64,000 bases of DNA from an uncultured Rivularia sp. (GCA_963665115.1 OY762007.1:4864001-4928000); one strand, 5' to 3'; counted from the stretch's first letter, positions 40,523-51,435 are shown. The notes: generated by a model from the letters alone, not told the origin. A program made the numbers and translations.

Positions 40523-42037
40523 TTAACTGTTAACTGGTAACTGCAATTTACGGAAACCTTGAAATATCTTGGTTAAAGATTGTCTCCGAGCTTCTTGTAC
40601 AAACAAAAGTGGAACGAGTGCTATTAAACGGAACCCTACAGACATCATAAATAATCCCGATAAGCCTCCTGCAAAGGCATTTTCTGCAATAAAACCGCCG
40701 ATTGTTGTGCCAATTGCACCGCTAGCACCAGCAGCAGCAGCAGCGGTTGCAAAGTAAACTGACTGCATTCTTACGGGTGCAATACTTATCTGTATATTGT
40801 TGCTGCATAACTCAATTGCTGCGGTGGTACCTCCGATGAGAATATGCAGTAAAGGCAACCACAACCAAATACTTAAAGTATCTACACCAATTCCCACCCA
40901 TAAAAGTGGAATTACTGCAACCAAGATTCCAACTAAAAATAAGATGGTACGATTTCCTACTTTGTCAGCTAATTTTCCCCATAAAATCAGCATTAACATT
41001 CCAGCACCGGCTTGAAAACTACCGTAAACACTCACCCAACTGACATCGATGTCTAGGGTATCCAACATATAAAGATTAAAAAATGGCGTACTCAGGTTGA
41101 AAGCAAACATCCATAAACTGAAGTAAGCCAAGAATATTAAAAAATTTGAGTCCTTCCACATACTGGGAGGCTGGTTGGAATTTCGATTTGTAATTTCTGA
41201 AGCTTGGGAAACAGCCACAAAATTATCTTCTTTTTCTGTATTATTTGAAGCTTTATTTTTATTAAAATCTTTTATTTCCGAATCATTATGAGACTTGGGA
41301 TTAATATCTGCCTTCAAAAACTGACAAGCAAGACTTGCCACACCAGCAACCAAACCCAAAATCAAAACTAATCCATAACCTTGCATCGTACCACCAGGCC
41401 AAAAACTGACTATCAAACCAGCTACTGGTACACAAAGCAATCTTGTAAAGCTAGCCATACTATTTCGTACACCGAAATACCTTCCTCGTAACTGCCGAGG
41501 AACCAGCATTGCCATCCAACTTAACCAAGATGCACTTCCTAAAGCTGTTAATACGTGACTCGCTAAAATTACTAACAGCGTTAAAATAACTACCTGGTGA
41601 TTTTGCAAATCTCCCCAACCCCAACTCGCTGCACCAATGGCGATCGCCAAAAATAACCATACGAATCTAGCAGCACCATGAGTCCAAAGACAGTAGCTGT
41701 GACGGCTATCGAGACGCTCGGAAACGTAAGCACCTAAAGGCTGCAAGAGATTTACCAACATGGGAATGGAAGAAAGCATCCCAATCTGTACGGCATTTGC
41801 ACCTAACTCTACTAAAAAGTTACTTAACAGGATTCCAGTAGTAGTGATATCAAATACCGCAGCAAATACTCCATCCGCAGTTGAAGCTTTCAAGCTTTTA
41901 CGGATGTCATTTTTAGAAATTCTTTGATTTTGAGAAACTTGAATTTTGTAGCTTTCAGAAAGTACTGACGGTAAAAGAGTACTCTGAGTGTTTTCCGGAA
42001 CTTCAAGAAATTCTGTATTTACCTGAACAGATTGCAT
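40523..42037 (-). CDS. MFS transporter
   Basis: About 12 TM helices; RGRYFG and WGKLADKVGNR motifs. Confidence 0.88.
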   Translation of the reverse strand: MQSVQVNTEFLEVPENTQSTLLPSVLSESYKIQVSQNQRISKNDIRKSLKASTADGVFAAVFDITTTGILLSNFLVELGANAVQIGMLSSIPMLVNLLQPLGAYVSERLDSRHSYCLWTHGAARFVWLFLAIAIGAASWGWGDLQNHQVVILTLLVILASHVLTALGSASWLSWMAMLVPRQLRGRYFGVRNSMASFTRLLCVPVAGLIVSFWPGGTMQGYGLVLILGLVAGVASLACQFLKADINPKSHNDSEIKDFNKNKASNNTEKEDNFVAVSQASEITNRNSNQPPSMWKDSNFLIFLAYFSLWMFAFNLSTPFFNLYMLDTLDIDVSWVSVYGSFQAGAGMLMLILWGKLADKVGNRTILFLVGILVAVIPLLWVGIGVDTLSIWLWLPLLHILIGGTTAAIELCSNNIQISIAPVRMQSVYFATAAAAAGASGAIGTTIGGFIAENAFAGGLSGLFMMSVGFRLIALVPLLFVQEARRQSLTKIFQGFRKLQLPVNS

Positions 42038-42398
42038 TAGCCACCCTTCGGAATAGTTGTTTTTAAATGACCAGCTATTTAAATGTTTTTAACTGTCGTG
42101 CAGACAAACTTCTGTTAATCTTACATTACAAAAGTTCATAAAGATATATATAAGTACAAATTAAGAATAGTATTATTCGCAATTTTTTAAACATTATAGG
42201 ATTGGTTTGAGCGAAAAATCCTCACAAAGTAATAGTTTTAGTCAATATTTTTTCTCTCCGAAGTTATAAATATTAAAAAACTATAAAATATCTTCAAAAA
42301 GATTTGTGACGCTGGTATTGTATGTCGCCGATCGAATCTGCCAGCAATTCATTGATAATTAACTTAGGCTCAATATCTTGTTTGCTAACCGAATCGTC

Positions 42399-43677
42399 AT
42401 GAACAAAAAACTATTTAGTTTTTTAGGAATCTTACTGGTATTTATCTTGTTGACAGTCAGTTTTAATAACCTATTCTTATCAAAATCTTCTATGTCATCA
42501 GATATAGTTACTATCAAGCTCAGCGGTTGGGGTGCAAGTTTCCGTTGAACAAAAGCTGTTAAAACAATTGCTGCAAGATTTTGAATTAAAGCATCCAGCA
42601 ATAAAAGTGAAATACGAAGTCATCAACGATCAATATATGGATGTAATCAAAACTCGCTTAATTGGGGAAGCAGCGCCAGACGTGTTTTATCTGGATGCTT
42701 TAGAAGCACCTTTCTTAATGAGTCAAAATGTTCTCGAACCTTTAGATAGTTATATAAAAACGGAATTTAATTTAAGTGACTTTGAACAAACTTTGCTAAA
42801 CAGCTTTAAATACGAAGATCGGATTTATGGGCTTCCGAAAGATTACTCAACTCTTGGTTTATTCTTTAACAAATCAGCCTTAATCAAAGAAGGTTTTACT
42901 AATCCCCCTGCAACTTGGAAGGAATTACGCAGTTACTCGCAGAAATTAACAGAAGACAGTAACAAAGATGGCAGGATAGATAAATATGGTTTTGGAGAAA
43001 TTCCCGAATTAGCCAGACAAGCTTATAAAATCAAAGCTTTCAACGGACAAATTATTGGTAAAAATGGTTATGCAGCTTTTGCTTCCCCCGAAGCTTTGAA
43101 AGGATTGCAATTAGCTGTGAAGCAATATATAAAAGAAAAAACTTCCTCCCAAAAAACAGATGTAGGGACAAACTCTGGCAGCGAAATGTTTGCTCAAGGT
43201 AAAGTTGCAATGGTAGTAGAAGGTAACTGGGCAATTCCTTATTTAGAAGAGACTTTTCCTAACTTAGAATTTGGTACAGCAGAAGTGCCGACGATAAATG
43301 GGAATAAAGGCACAATGGTATTTACAGTTGCCTACGTCATGAATAAAAAAGCAAAGCATAAAGTCGCAGCTTGGGAATTAATTTCTTACCTTACAGGGAA
43401 ACAAGGTATGGAAAAATGGACTAAAAACGGTATTGCTTTACCAACCCGAAAATCCGTAGCCGAGAAATTAGGTTACGAACAAGATAATTTACGCTCTGCA
43501 TTTGTAGCGGGAGTAGATTACGCTATTCCTTGGCAGATTGGAAAATATTCTGCACCAATCATAAACAATTTTGAAAATCAATTTACCAGCGCTATTTTAG
43601 GACAGCAACCTTTAGAAAAGGCGATGAAAAAGGCTCAGCTAGAAGCGAATAAGCAAATTAAAATGATGGAATATTGA
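42399..43677 (+). CDS. Sugar ABC transporter substrate-binding protein (+1 frameshift near 42540)
   Basis: ATG 42399 gives signal MNKKLFSFLGILLVF...IKLSGWGAS; an extra base shifts into VEQKLLK...APDVFY, YGLPKD, GKVAMVVEGNW. Confidence 0.85.
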
Positions 43678-43766
43678 TTGTTAAACTGTGTTATTGCTAA
43701 GCGTAGGCACCGGATTAAGGATCATCTCATATTATTCAAAATAAATGCTTTATTTATATAGATTAT

Positions 43767-43913
43767 TGGCGTTGCTGATTAAAAGTAAATAGCCCCCTAA
43801 CCCCCAATAATGGGGGAAAAGAATAATTAATTGAAAGTCCCCCAATTTTGGGAGATTTAGAAAGCTTTACTGTGTTGAGAAAAGTGAATTCATATTTCAA
43901 TTCAGCAACGCCA
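43767..43913. mobile_element. MITE-like element
   Basis: Perfect 12-bp TIR TGGCGTTGCTGA...TCAGCAACGCCA enclosing CCCCCA...TGGGGG hairpins; no target duplication seen. Confidence 0.65.
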
Positions 43914-44130
43914 GGTCTTTTTATCTTTAACCTTAAATAATTGAATATACAAGATAAACACTATTTAATCAAACCCTAGATAGTTAGAGATTCTGTATGC
44001 TCGAACTTACACTATTAGTTGATATATATATCTTCCTTGAGAAAGAACGATAAAACAACTTTAAAGGCATATATTGGCTACTACCAATCAAAAATAATTT
44101 TTATCAGGTGAAAATTAAAACTTAAAGTTT

Positions 44131-44700
44131 ATGAAAAGTAGATTGAGTTTGCATATCTCCAATGCAGCGAAAAGGTTTTATCTTATTTTATTTTTTAGTT
44201 TACTGTCTGGTGCGGGTTGCAGCATACAAAAAACTCAAGGAGGAAGTTTGAATGAAGCAGATATTAAAACTGTTGGCTGGGTAGAAAATGGCAAGATTCT
44301 CGGTATTAATAAAGATGTAAAATTTAAGCTTGATACGGGAGCTAAAACAACTTCAATTAATGCCGAAATTTTAGAACAGCCAGATAATGAATCTGAATCT
44401 GGCGGCACAATCAAATTTAGATATACCAACACAGAAGGAGTTACAAAAGTCTTTGAACGTCCCGTAGAAAGATGGGTAAAAATTAAAGGTGAACAACGTC
44501 GTGCGGTAGTGCGAATGAAATTTTGTGTTGCAGGTAGGTGGATTGAAGAAGAAGCTAACCTTGCCGATAGAGATGATTTCAATTATTCAGTTCTCATCGG
44601 ACGTAATATGTTGAAAAAAGGCAAGCTAGCTGTAAGCTCTGCTGAAACTTTTACCGCAAAACCAAATTGTCAAGCAGAGGAGGGACAAAGTGAATCGTAA
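44131..44700 (+). CDS. Retropepsin-like (RimK-associated, so-called ATP-dependent zinc) protease, probable lipoprotein
   Basis: VGWVE, KLDTGAKTTSI, NLADR and LIGR motifs; lipobox-like GAGC. Confidence 0.85.
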   Translation: MKSRLSLHISNAAKRFYLILFFSLLSGAGCSIQKTQGGSLNEADIKTVGWVENGKILGINKDVKFKLDTGAKTTSINAEILEQPDNESESGGTIKFRYTNTEGVTKVFERPVERWVKIKGEQRRAVVRMKFCVAGRWIEEEANLADRDDFNYSVLIGRNMLKKGKLAVSSAETFTAKPNCQAEEGQSES

Positions 44701-46321
44701 TTTTCATGCTTTAATATTAGCTTTATTTTTAGCCGCGATAGGTTTAGCAGTTTTTATTCATAAGGTGACTGCTACAGATATTCCGTTACTACCAAATCAA
44801 GCTTATAAAAATTGGTATGTTGAAGCTAAATTAGCGGTAAATTCTGAAGGAAGAGTATTAGATTCACAAAACGCACTGCCAAGTGAAATTGAACTACAGC
44901 TTCCTCAAGCTTCTCCCGGTTACGAAATAATCAGTGAAGATTTTATTAATGATGGTTATAATCGCCAAGTTAAAACACAGAAAAACTCATCAAATCGCAT
45001 AGCTGTGTTCTCAAACCAAAATGCCAAGGGAAGCGAAGCAATATTTTATCGAGCAATTATTGATAAAACAGATTTAGCTAAAACGGATTCTAAATCGGGT
45101 AGCGAAGTTTCAGTTACAGGAGATAAAATTGTTGAGCAGCAGTTGAGTAACTTTGGTAAAGATAACGCACTCGCTGAAGATAATTTAAAAGAAAATTTTC
45201 CCACAGCTGAAGTTGAATCAATTTTAAAAGAAGCAAGACAATCGGGTGATAATACTTTAGATTTAGCAAAACAAGTTTATCAAATAGCACTTAATCCCGA
45301 TGAAATTAGAGTTCGTGCTATTCGCAGAACTTTGGGTATTAAAGAATCAACTCCAGAATTAACAGCCTTTTTATTAAAACAAGCCAAAATTCCAGCGCGG
45401 GTTGCTAACGGTATTTTGTTTAACAATGAAGAAGTCTATTCAACCGATTTTATTCAGTGGTTGGAGGTAGAAACAGATAAAGGTTGGCTAGCTTACGATA
45501 GTATTGACCGTAATTTTGGAACCCAAGATAGATATTTAACTTGGTGGTACGGAACCAGTAGTGCTTTAAGTGCTAAAGGTTCGGGAGATGTCAATTTAGA
45601 AGTAGTAGTTAGACCAAATACTGACAAAGGAATTAACCAAGAACTTTGGGAAAAACAGAAAGCGGCAAATCCCTTTTTAGAATATTCCTTATTAAATTTA
45701 CCCTTAGCAACACAGCGAGTATTTAGGGTATTAGTGTTAGTTCCAATTGGTGCATTAATTATTTCCGTATTGCATCAAATGATCGGATTGCAAACTTTCG
45801 GAACATTTACACCAATATTAATTGCCCTTGCATTTAGAGAAACCGGACTTATAGTTGGTATACCTCTGTTTGTTTTAGTTGTAATTATTGGGCTGGTAAT
45901 TCGTGCTTACCTAGATAAATTACAGCTATTAATTGTACCCAGACTCGCCGCAATTTTAACGGCAACAGTTTTAACAATTGGAGTATTAGCAATAATCTTG
46001 CAAAGGTTCGGGATAAATTTAGGATTATCGATTTCCTTATTCCCAATTGTTATCCTAGCCATGCTCATAGAAAGAGCCGCTTTAAGTTGGGAAGAATCAG
46101 GAGCAAAAGAAACAATAATCGCCGCGCTAGGTACCGTCTTTGTCGCCGCTATCGGTTACTTATGCGTAATTAATCCTTACATCCAACATTTAGCATTTAC
46201 CTTCCCAGAACTTTTGTTATTAGTCTTAGGAATTAATATTCTTGTCGGACGTTATAACGGTTACAAGTTGACAGAATATTTCCGATTCAAGTCAATGCAG
46301 AAGCAGTTGAGTCAATCTTAG
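44690..46321 (+). CDS. Inactive transglutaminase fused to 7TM domain
   Basis: IPARVANGI, WLEV, GLQTFGTFTPILIALAF, PRLAAIL, FPIVILAMLIER and GRYNGYKLTEYFRF motifs. Confidence 0.88.
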   Translation: MNRNFHALILALFLAAIGLAVFIHKVTATDIPLLPNQAYKNWYVEAKLAVNSEGRVLDSQNALPSEIELQLPQASPGYEIISEDFINDGYNRQVKTQKNSSNRIAVFSNQNAKGSEAIFYRAIIDKTDLAKTDSKSGSEVSVTGDKIVEQQLSNFGKDNALAEDNLKENFPTAEVESILKEARQSGDNTLDLAKQVYQIALNPDEIRVRAIRRTLGIKESTPELTAFLLKQAKIPARVANGILFNNEEVYSTDFIQWLEVETDKGWLAYDSIDRNFGTQDRYLTWWYGTSSALSAKGSGDVNLEVVVRPNTDKGINQELWEKQKAANPFLEYSLLNLPLATQRVFRVLVLVPIGALIISVLHQMIGLQTFGTFTPILIALAFRETGLIVGIPLFVLVVIIGLVIRAYLDKLQLLIVPRLAAILTATVLTIGVLAIILQRFGINLGLSISLFPIVILAMLIERAALSWEESGAKETIIAALGTVFVAAIGYLCVINPYIQHLAFTFPELLLLVLGINILVGRYNGYKLTEYFRFKSMQKQLSQS

Positions 46322-46519
46322 GATGAAGGGATGGGGAGATGGGGTAGAGGGGGAGAGGGGGTAGATAGCGAGCGAGACGCATATCCTTGCGGGACACGCT
46401 TCGTTAATGCACTACAAAGATGTGGAGAAATGTTAATTCATAACTCCTAACTCCTAACTCATAACTCCTAACTTAATTAACTAATCCAAAATCCAAAATC
46501 TAAAATCCAAAATTGAAAG

Positions 46520-47461
46520 ATGTTTCCATTTACACTGATGCGTGAAGGGGTTCTCGGAATCAACGCTCGTAATGTTGATTATCTTTTTCCTAGCAACCCA
46601 CGTAAGCTTTATAAGTTGGCTGATAACAAATTAGAAACAAAAAGAATTGCAGAAGAACTTAACGTACCAATTCCAGAAACTTACGGTGTGATTTCTTTTC
46701 AAAATGAAGTAGGAAAGCTATCCGAGATTATCGAAGGACATGATTCCTTTATCGTTAAACCCGCTCAAGGTAGTGGTGGGGATGGAATTGAAGCGATTGT
46801 TGAAGTTACCGACGAGGGTTTCAAAAAACCTAGCGGTAAGATTCTCTCTAAATCCGATTTGCAATATCATATTCACAATATCCTTGGTGGAGTATTTTCC
46901 CTGGGTGGATTAAGTGATAAAACAATTATTGAATATGCGGTGCAGTTCGATCCGGTTTTTGATGAAATTGCTTATCAAGGTGTTCCGGATGTACGGGTAA
47001 TTATTTATCAAGGTGTCCCCGTGATGGGAATGTTACGTTTACCAACTAAAGCTTCTGATGGTAAAGCTAATTTACATAGAGGTGGTTTAGGCTTAGGAAT
47101 TGACCTTGGTACGGGGAAAACATTGACTGCAATTCAGAACAATCGCTACATTGAAAAGCATCCCGATACTGACGCAACCTTGCGCGATCGCCAAATTCCT
47201 CACTGGGATACTATTTTAAATATGGCAGCTAAGTTATGCGAAAAAACGGAGTTTGGCTATCTCGGTATTGACGTGGTTTTAGATGAAGAAAAAGGTCCAT
47301 TGCTGCTGGAAATCAATGCTCGTCCGGGACTTTCAATCCAAATTGCTAATCAAGAAGGGCTGATTCCCCGATTAAAAACAATTGATTCAAATGTAAATAA
47401 AATTTCCGGAATTGAAGACAAAATCGCTTTTGCAAAAGATAAATTTGCGGTAAATAACTAG
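46520..47461 (+). CDS. Alpha-L-glutamate ligase-like ATP-grasp protein
   Basis: LGINARN, KPAQGSGGDGI, GVPDVRVI, GKANLHRGG and LEINARPGLSIQIAN motifs. Confidence 0.9.
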   Translation: MFPFTLMREGVLGINARNVDYLFPSNPRKLYKLADNKLETKRIAEELNVPIPETYGVISFQNEVGKLSEIIEGHDSFIVKPAQGSGGDGIEAIVEVTDEGFKKPSGKILSKSDLQYHIHNILGGVFSLGGLSDKTIIEYAVQFDPVFDEIAYQGVPDVRVIIYQGVPVMGMLRLPTKASDGKANLHRGGLGLGIDLGTGKTLTAIQNNRYIEKHPDTDATLRDRQIPHWDTILNMAAKLCEKTEFGYLGIDVVLDEEKGPLLLEINARPGLSIQIANQEGLIPRLKTIDSNVNKISGIEDKIAFAKDKFAVNN

Positions 47462-47559
47462 ATGATTAATGTTGTAACTATAAACACTAGAATTTATACG
47501 GACGAAAGATAAGTCAATTGAATGGGTAAGATAACATATACTATTATCTCTGGTTTCCG

Positions 47560-48123
47560 ATGTTATCCGATATTGATTTGATTCGAGAGTTTGTTAAACT
47601 ATCCATACAAAAAAAGCAAGTTTTATTAGCAAATTCAACATTACAGGGTGAAGCAGTTTATAAAAGCAATCAATTAATGGCAAAAAAAGAAGGGATAATT
47701 GCCACAACTAAACTAGAGCGTACATTAAATCCATTTTTTATTAAACACAAGTCAAATTACTGGCAATTGATTGGCCAGGTATTAGCCGAATATAACTTTA
47801 TCCTTATGGGAGAAGTTGATAGTCGTGGCTTTTATCAGTATGAATACTGCCAGATTCCACCAGGTTATGAAATGCATTGTCAAAAATCGGCTATGTTGTG
47901 GCGAACTTGGTGGAAATATCGTCGCAAAATTGAGGGTAGAATAATTCAATTAGAACTTCTGATCCGCATCAGAAATACATGGTATCCCATCAGGGGTTTA
48001 GCAATTAGCGATGGAATGATTTATATCGAAACATTAGGAAGTGAGATTGCACTTGGTTTAGAAGATACGGTGATTTGGTTGAGTAAAATAAAGGAGAAGA
48101 AATCAGAAGCTAATTCTGAATAG
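47560..48123 (+). CDS. Conserved cyanobacterial hypothetical protein
   Basis: 187-aa ORF with LWRTWWK and WYPIR motifs. Confidence 0.7.
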   Translation: MLSDIDLIREFVKLSIQKKQVLLANSTLQGEAVYKSNQLMAKKEGIIATTKLERTLNPFFIKHKSNYWQLIGQVLAEYNFILMGEVDSRGFYQYEYCQIPPGYEMHCQKSAMLWRTWWKYRRKIEGRIIQLELLIRIRNTWYPIRGLAISDGMIYIETLGSEIALGLEDTVIWLSKIKEKKSEANSE

Positions 48124-48161
48124 CAGAATTTTTGAGTTGCTTCTGGGAATACTAGTTTTGT

Positions 48162-48680
48162 ACAAAGTTATTAAACACAATCGAGAACAATACAGATTTG
48201 TATAGTTCTGATTCACCACTCCAACTCACATCAGAAGAAAACAAAAAAATTATTAATCAACTTGATGGGGATATTTACACAGTTACAAGAATAAAACTGT
48301 ATGTCTTAATACGTCTCAATGATGCTATTTCTAATCCCAAGATAACCTATTCACAATATCCAACAATTGAACACGTACTTCCACAAAATCCTCCTCAAGG
48401 AAGTGAATGGGAACAATGGTTTCCTAGTCAAGAAGAAAGAGAAAAATATTTACATCGTTTAGGTAACTTAGTTTTACTCTCTGCTTCCAAAAATAGCGAA
48501 GCCCGAAATTATGATTTTATGAAAAAAAAGCAGAAATACTTTACTACTAAATCAGGAGTTTCTCCTTTTGCATTAACAACTCAAGTTTTAACACAAAGCG
48601 AATGGACTCCTCAAATTGTTGAACAAAGACAAAAAGATGCGGTTGATAAACTTAAACAAATTTGGCGTTTGCAATCTTAA
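48162..48680 (+). pseudogene. C-terminal DUF1524/HNH fragment of a GmrSD-type restriction protein
   Basis: TIEHVLPQ...LHRLGNLVLLS..KNSEARNYDF..KK..YF; no N-terminal DUF262 domain and no ATG start. Confidence 0.7.
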
Positions 48681-48820
48681 CAATTCTTCTTTATATCGGT
48701 GGTTGAAACCGCATCTACGTTTTTTGACCCATTTGCATGGGCTATTTTAGTTCAAATAACTTTTCTACCACTAAGAATATTAGTAAAATTATATTTTGAT
48801 CTTAAATTAAGGGAGAAGCT

Positions 48821-49285
48821 ATGGTAACAGCGCAGGATATCGCAAACTATTTTATTTGGCTAGCAAACGATAGCGGCTCTTTTATAAGTAATCTTAAGCT
48901 GCAAAAATTAGTTTATTACGCTCAAGCTTGGTATTTGGCTATTCACGATCGGCCGTTATTTGATGAAGACTTTGAAGCCTGGGTTCACGGTCCTATTATT
49001 CCTTCTTTGTATCAAAAGTATCGAGATTTCAATCGAATTCCTATTGTTGAAGAAATCAATTATCAGCAGCTTGCTCAGAAATTGGGTGATGATATACATT
49101 TTCTACAGGATGTTGCTGACGAATATTTTTCCTGCGACACTTATGAACTTGAGCGCATGACACATATCGAAGATCCTTGGATTAAAGCAAGGAAAGAATT
49201 GCCAAATGATGTACCTTCTAAGGCGATAATTGATAAGGAGTTAATGAAAAAGTATTACGGTTCGCGTGTCAAAGAAGAAGCCTAG
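48821..49285 (+). CDS. Panacea (DUF4065/GepA/SocA-like) antitoxin
   Basis: ISNLKLQKLVYYAQ, FEAWVHGP and LERMTHIEDPW motifs; GGAGA RBS. Confidence 0.9.
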   Translation: MVTAQDIANYFIWLANDSGSFISNLKLQKLVYYAQAWYLAIHDRPLFDEDFEAWVHGPIIPSLYQKYRDFNRIPIVEEINYQQLAQKLGDDIHFLQDVADEYFSCDTYELERMTHIEDPWIKARKELPNDVPSKAIIDKELMKKYYGSRVKEEA

Positions 49286-49421
49286 AAAAACACAAATTCC
49301 TCGTAGTCAAACGAATAAAATTCAACGAACATCTTTACCTCCTCTACAAGGAGTACGCCAATTCTCGCACCTGGACTTTTCACTACGCCTTCCAATAAAG
49401 CTGCTGCTTGGATATCGTTGA
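49266..49421 (+). pseudogene. Truncated putative cognate toxin
   Basis: GTG start overlaps the antitoxin end; basic MSKKKPRKTQIPRSQTNKIQRTSLPPLQG, then a stop at 51 aa. Confidence 0.4.
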
Positions 49422-49489
49422 TTTTGATTAACTTATTTTGAGATGACATATCAAATTATTAATATCTGAGAACAGTATTGATTTTCTCA

Positions 49490-50001
49490 TCAACTGAAAT
49501 TCCAAGTATGAGGAAGCTTCGCTGCACAAACCGAGCAAATAAATAAATTATCTTTAACAATATTTACTTGGTTGCAAGCACAACAGCGTCGAAAAATAAA
49601 TTCAATGGTAAACGAAGACGGATGCGAAATATTTATTAAATCGAGAGCTTTTATAACGTGCTGCCAAGATTCTGGCTCAGGACAAAAACCTGTTGATTGA
49701 TTTGTAATTTCAGCTACTTCCAACCCATTTTTACCTTTTTGAAAAAATATTTCTCCTGCCGATTGCACCGATTTACCACCAGCACAAGCAATATGTTCGG
49801 AGTGTCTGTCAGCAATTCTTAAATAACCTTCGTAATCTATAACAAAAGTAGCTGCAATTAATCCCCAAGCGTCTTTCTGTTGTTTGGTTTCTCGAATCCA
49901 ATTATCAATATGATTAATTGATAAAATGATAAAATTCTCTTTCCCGGTGGTAAATGGGCTGTATTCTGGCGAATTTGATCGGCACCCACGTATTTATACA
50001 C
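49490..50001 (-). pseudogene. Hypothetical protein with C-terminal zinc ribbon, frameshifted by an 8-bp duplication
   Basis: VYKYVGADQIRQ...RILS / INHIDNWIRE...TFVID..G.LRIADRHSEHIACAGG...SAGEI...TNQSTGFCPEPESW...CxxC..CxxC; TGATAAAA duplicated at about 49918-49933. Confidence 0.7.
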
Positions 50002-50073
50002 TTTTTAAAGCTTTGTATGTCAATCTTGAGACACTAAAACAAAAATGGTGCGTTGCACGCAGCAAGCAACACA

Positions 50074-50428
50074 CCCTACTTCCTACTTCCTACTTCCTAC
50101 TCCCTACTCCCTACTCCCTACTCCCTACTCCCTACTCCCTACTCCCTACTCCCTACTCCCTACTCCCTACTCCCTACTCCCTACTCCCTACTTCCAACTC
50201 CCTACTTCCTACTTCCTACTCCCAACTCCCTACTCCCAACTCCCTACTTCCAACTCCCTACTTCCTACTCCCTACTTCCTACTTCCTACTCCCAACTCCC
50301 TACTCCCAACTCCCTACTCCCTACTTCCAACTCCCTACTCCCTACTCCCTACTCCCAACTCCCTACTTCCAACTCCCTACTTCCTACTCCCAACTCCCAA
50401 CTCCCAACTCCCAACTCCCTACTCCCCA
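50074..50428. repeat. Long STRR heptamer tract (CTACTCC/CTACTTC/CAACTCC)
   Basis: About 50 heptamers over about 350 bp, abutting the sdhB stop. Confidence 0.95.
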
Positions 50429-51435
50429 CTCCCTTCACTTTCCTTTTCCCGCTCAACAGCTTCCATCAAGGAACGCACCTGCTTAGATCCTTGTGAAGGT
50501 TCAAACTTCAAAGGAAATTTACTTTTAGTCATCATTCGTAAACCGAGAGGAGCAATACTTAATAAACCTTTGATGTCTTTAAAATTATTGCCAACAACTC
50601 GCAAACCAAATAATCTCTCATCAATCCAACCACCTTCTTTAACTAAATCTATCAATGCTTTACGGTGACGAATCGAACGACTATCTCCCGCTTCTTTGGT
50701 TTTGAGAATAGACTGTTTGATTTTACTAATTTGGTCTAAAGGTGCCACTTCCATCGGACAAACACTATTGCAGTAATAACAACGAGTGCAACCCCAAACT
50801 CCTTTAGTACCTTCGCTATATTGCTCCAAACGCTTTTGTGTTTCATCATCGCGTTTATCCTCTACCATCCGATAAGCTTTAGCCAGCGCATGAGGACCAA
50901 CAAAATCCGGATTTACTTCTAATGCATTGCACTCGGAGTAACAAGCACCACACATTATACAATTACCAGTTTCCTCAAGCTGCTTTCTTTCTTCTGGTGT
51001 TTGTAAAAACTCTCGCTCGGGCACTTTTCTTGCAGCAGTGCTGACATAAGGAGAAACAGTTTCTAAGCTGTTCCAGAAACCATTCATATCAACAATTAAA
51101 TCTTTTAGTACAGGCATATTACCCAATGGGGCAATAGTAATTTCAGGAATAGATAATCGTTGATTCTCCTGGGATATTTGTTGTCCAAATCGAGCAATTT
51201 CGCTGCCAACATTTTCTTTACAAGCTAAAGCGGAACGTCCATTAATGCGTATGGCGCAACTTCCGCAAATCGTATTGCGGCAATTTTTACGAAATGCTAA
51301 AGTTCCATCTTGCTCCCATTTAATCCGATTAAGACAATCAAGGATTGTATTACCCTCTTCTACATCCAAAAGGTAAGTTTGAACTGTGGGAGATGTTTTC
51401 TGATTTTGTCGAATAACTTTAAAATTAACTTTCAT
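50419..51435 (-). CDS. sdhB: Succinate dehydrogenase/fumarate reductase Fe-S subunit
   Basis: CRNTICGSC, CIMCGACYSEC and CTRCYYCNSVCP clusters. Confidence 0.95.
   Translation of the reverse strand: MKVNFKVIRQNQKTSPTVQTYLLDVEEGNTILDCLNRIKWEQDGTLAFRKNCRNTICGSCAIRINGRSALACKENVGSEIARFGQQISQENQRLSIPEITIAPLGNMPVLKDLIVDMNGFWNSLETVSPYVSTAARKVPEREFLQTPEERKQLEETGNCIMCGACYSECNALEVNPDFVGPHALAKAYRMVEDKRDDETQKRLEQYSEGTKGVWGCTRCYYCNSVCPMEVAPLDQISKIKQSILKTKEAGDSRSIRHRKALIDLVKEGGWIDERLFGLRVVGNNFKDIKGLLSIAPLGLRMMTKSKFPLKFEPSQGSKQVRSLMEAVEREKESEGSGE

Noticed and set aside
49926..50668. Three overlapping LLPTPYS-repeat ORFs
   Set aside because: Stop-free reading of a heptamer repeat in all three frames
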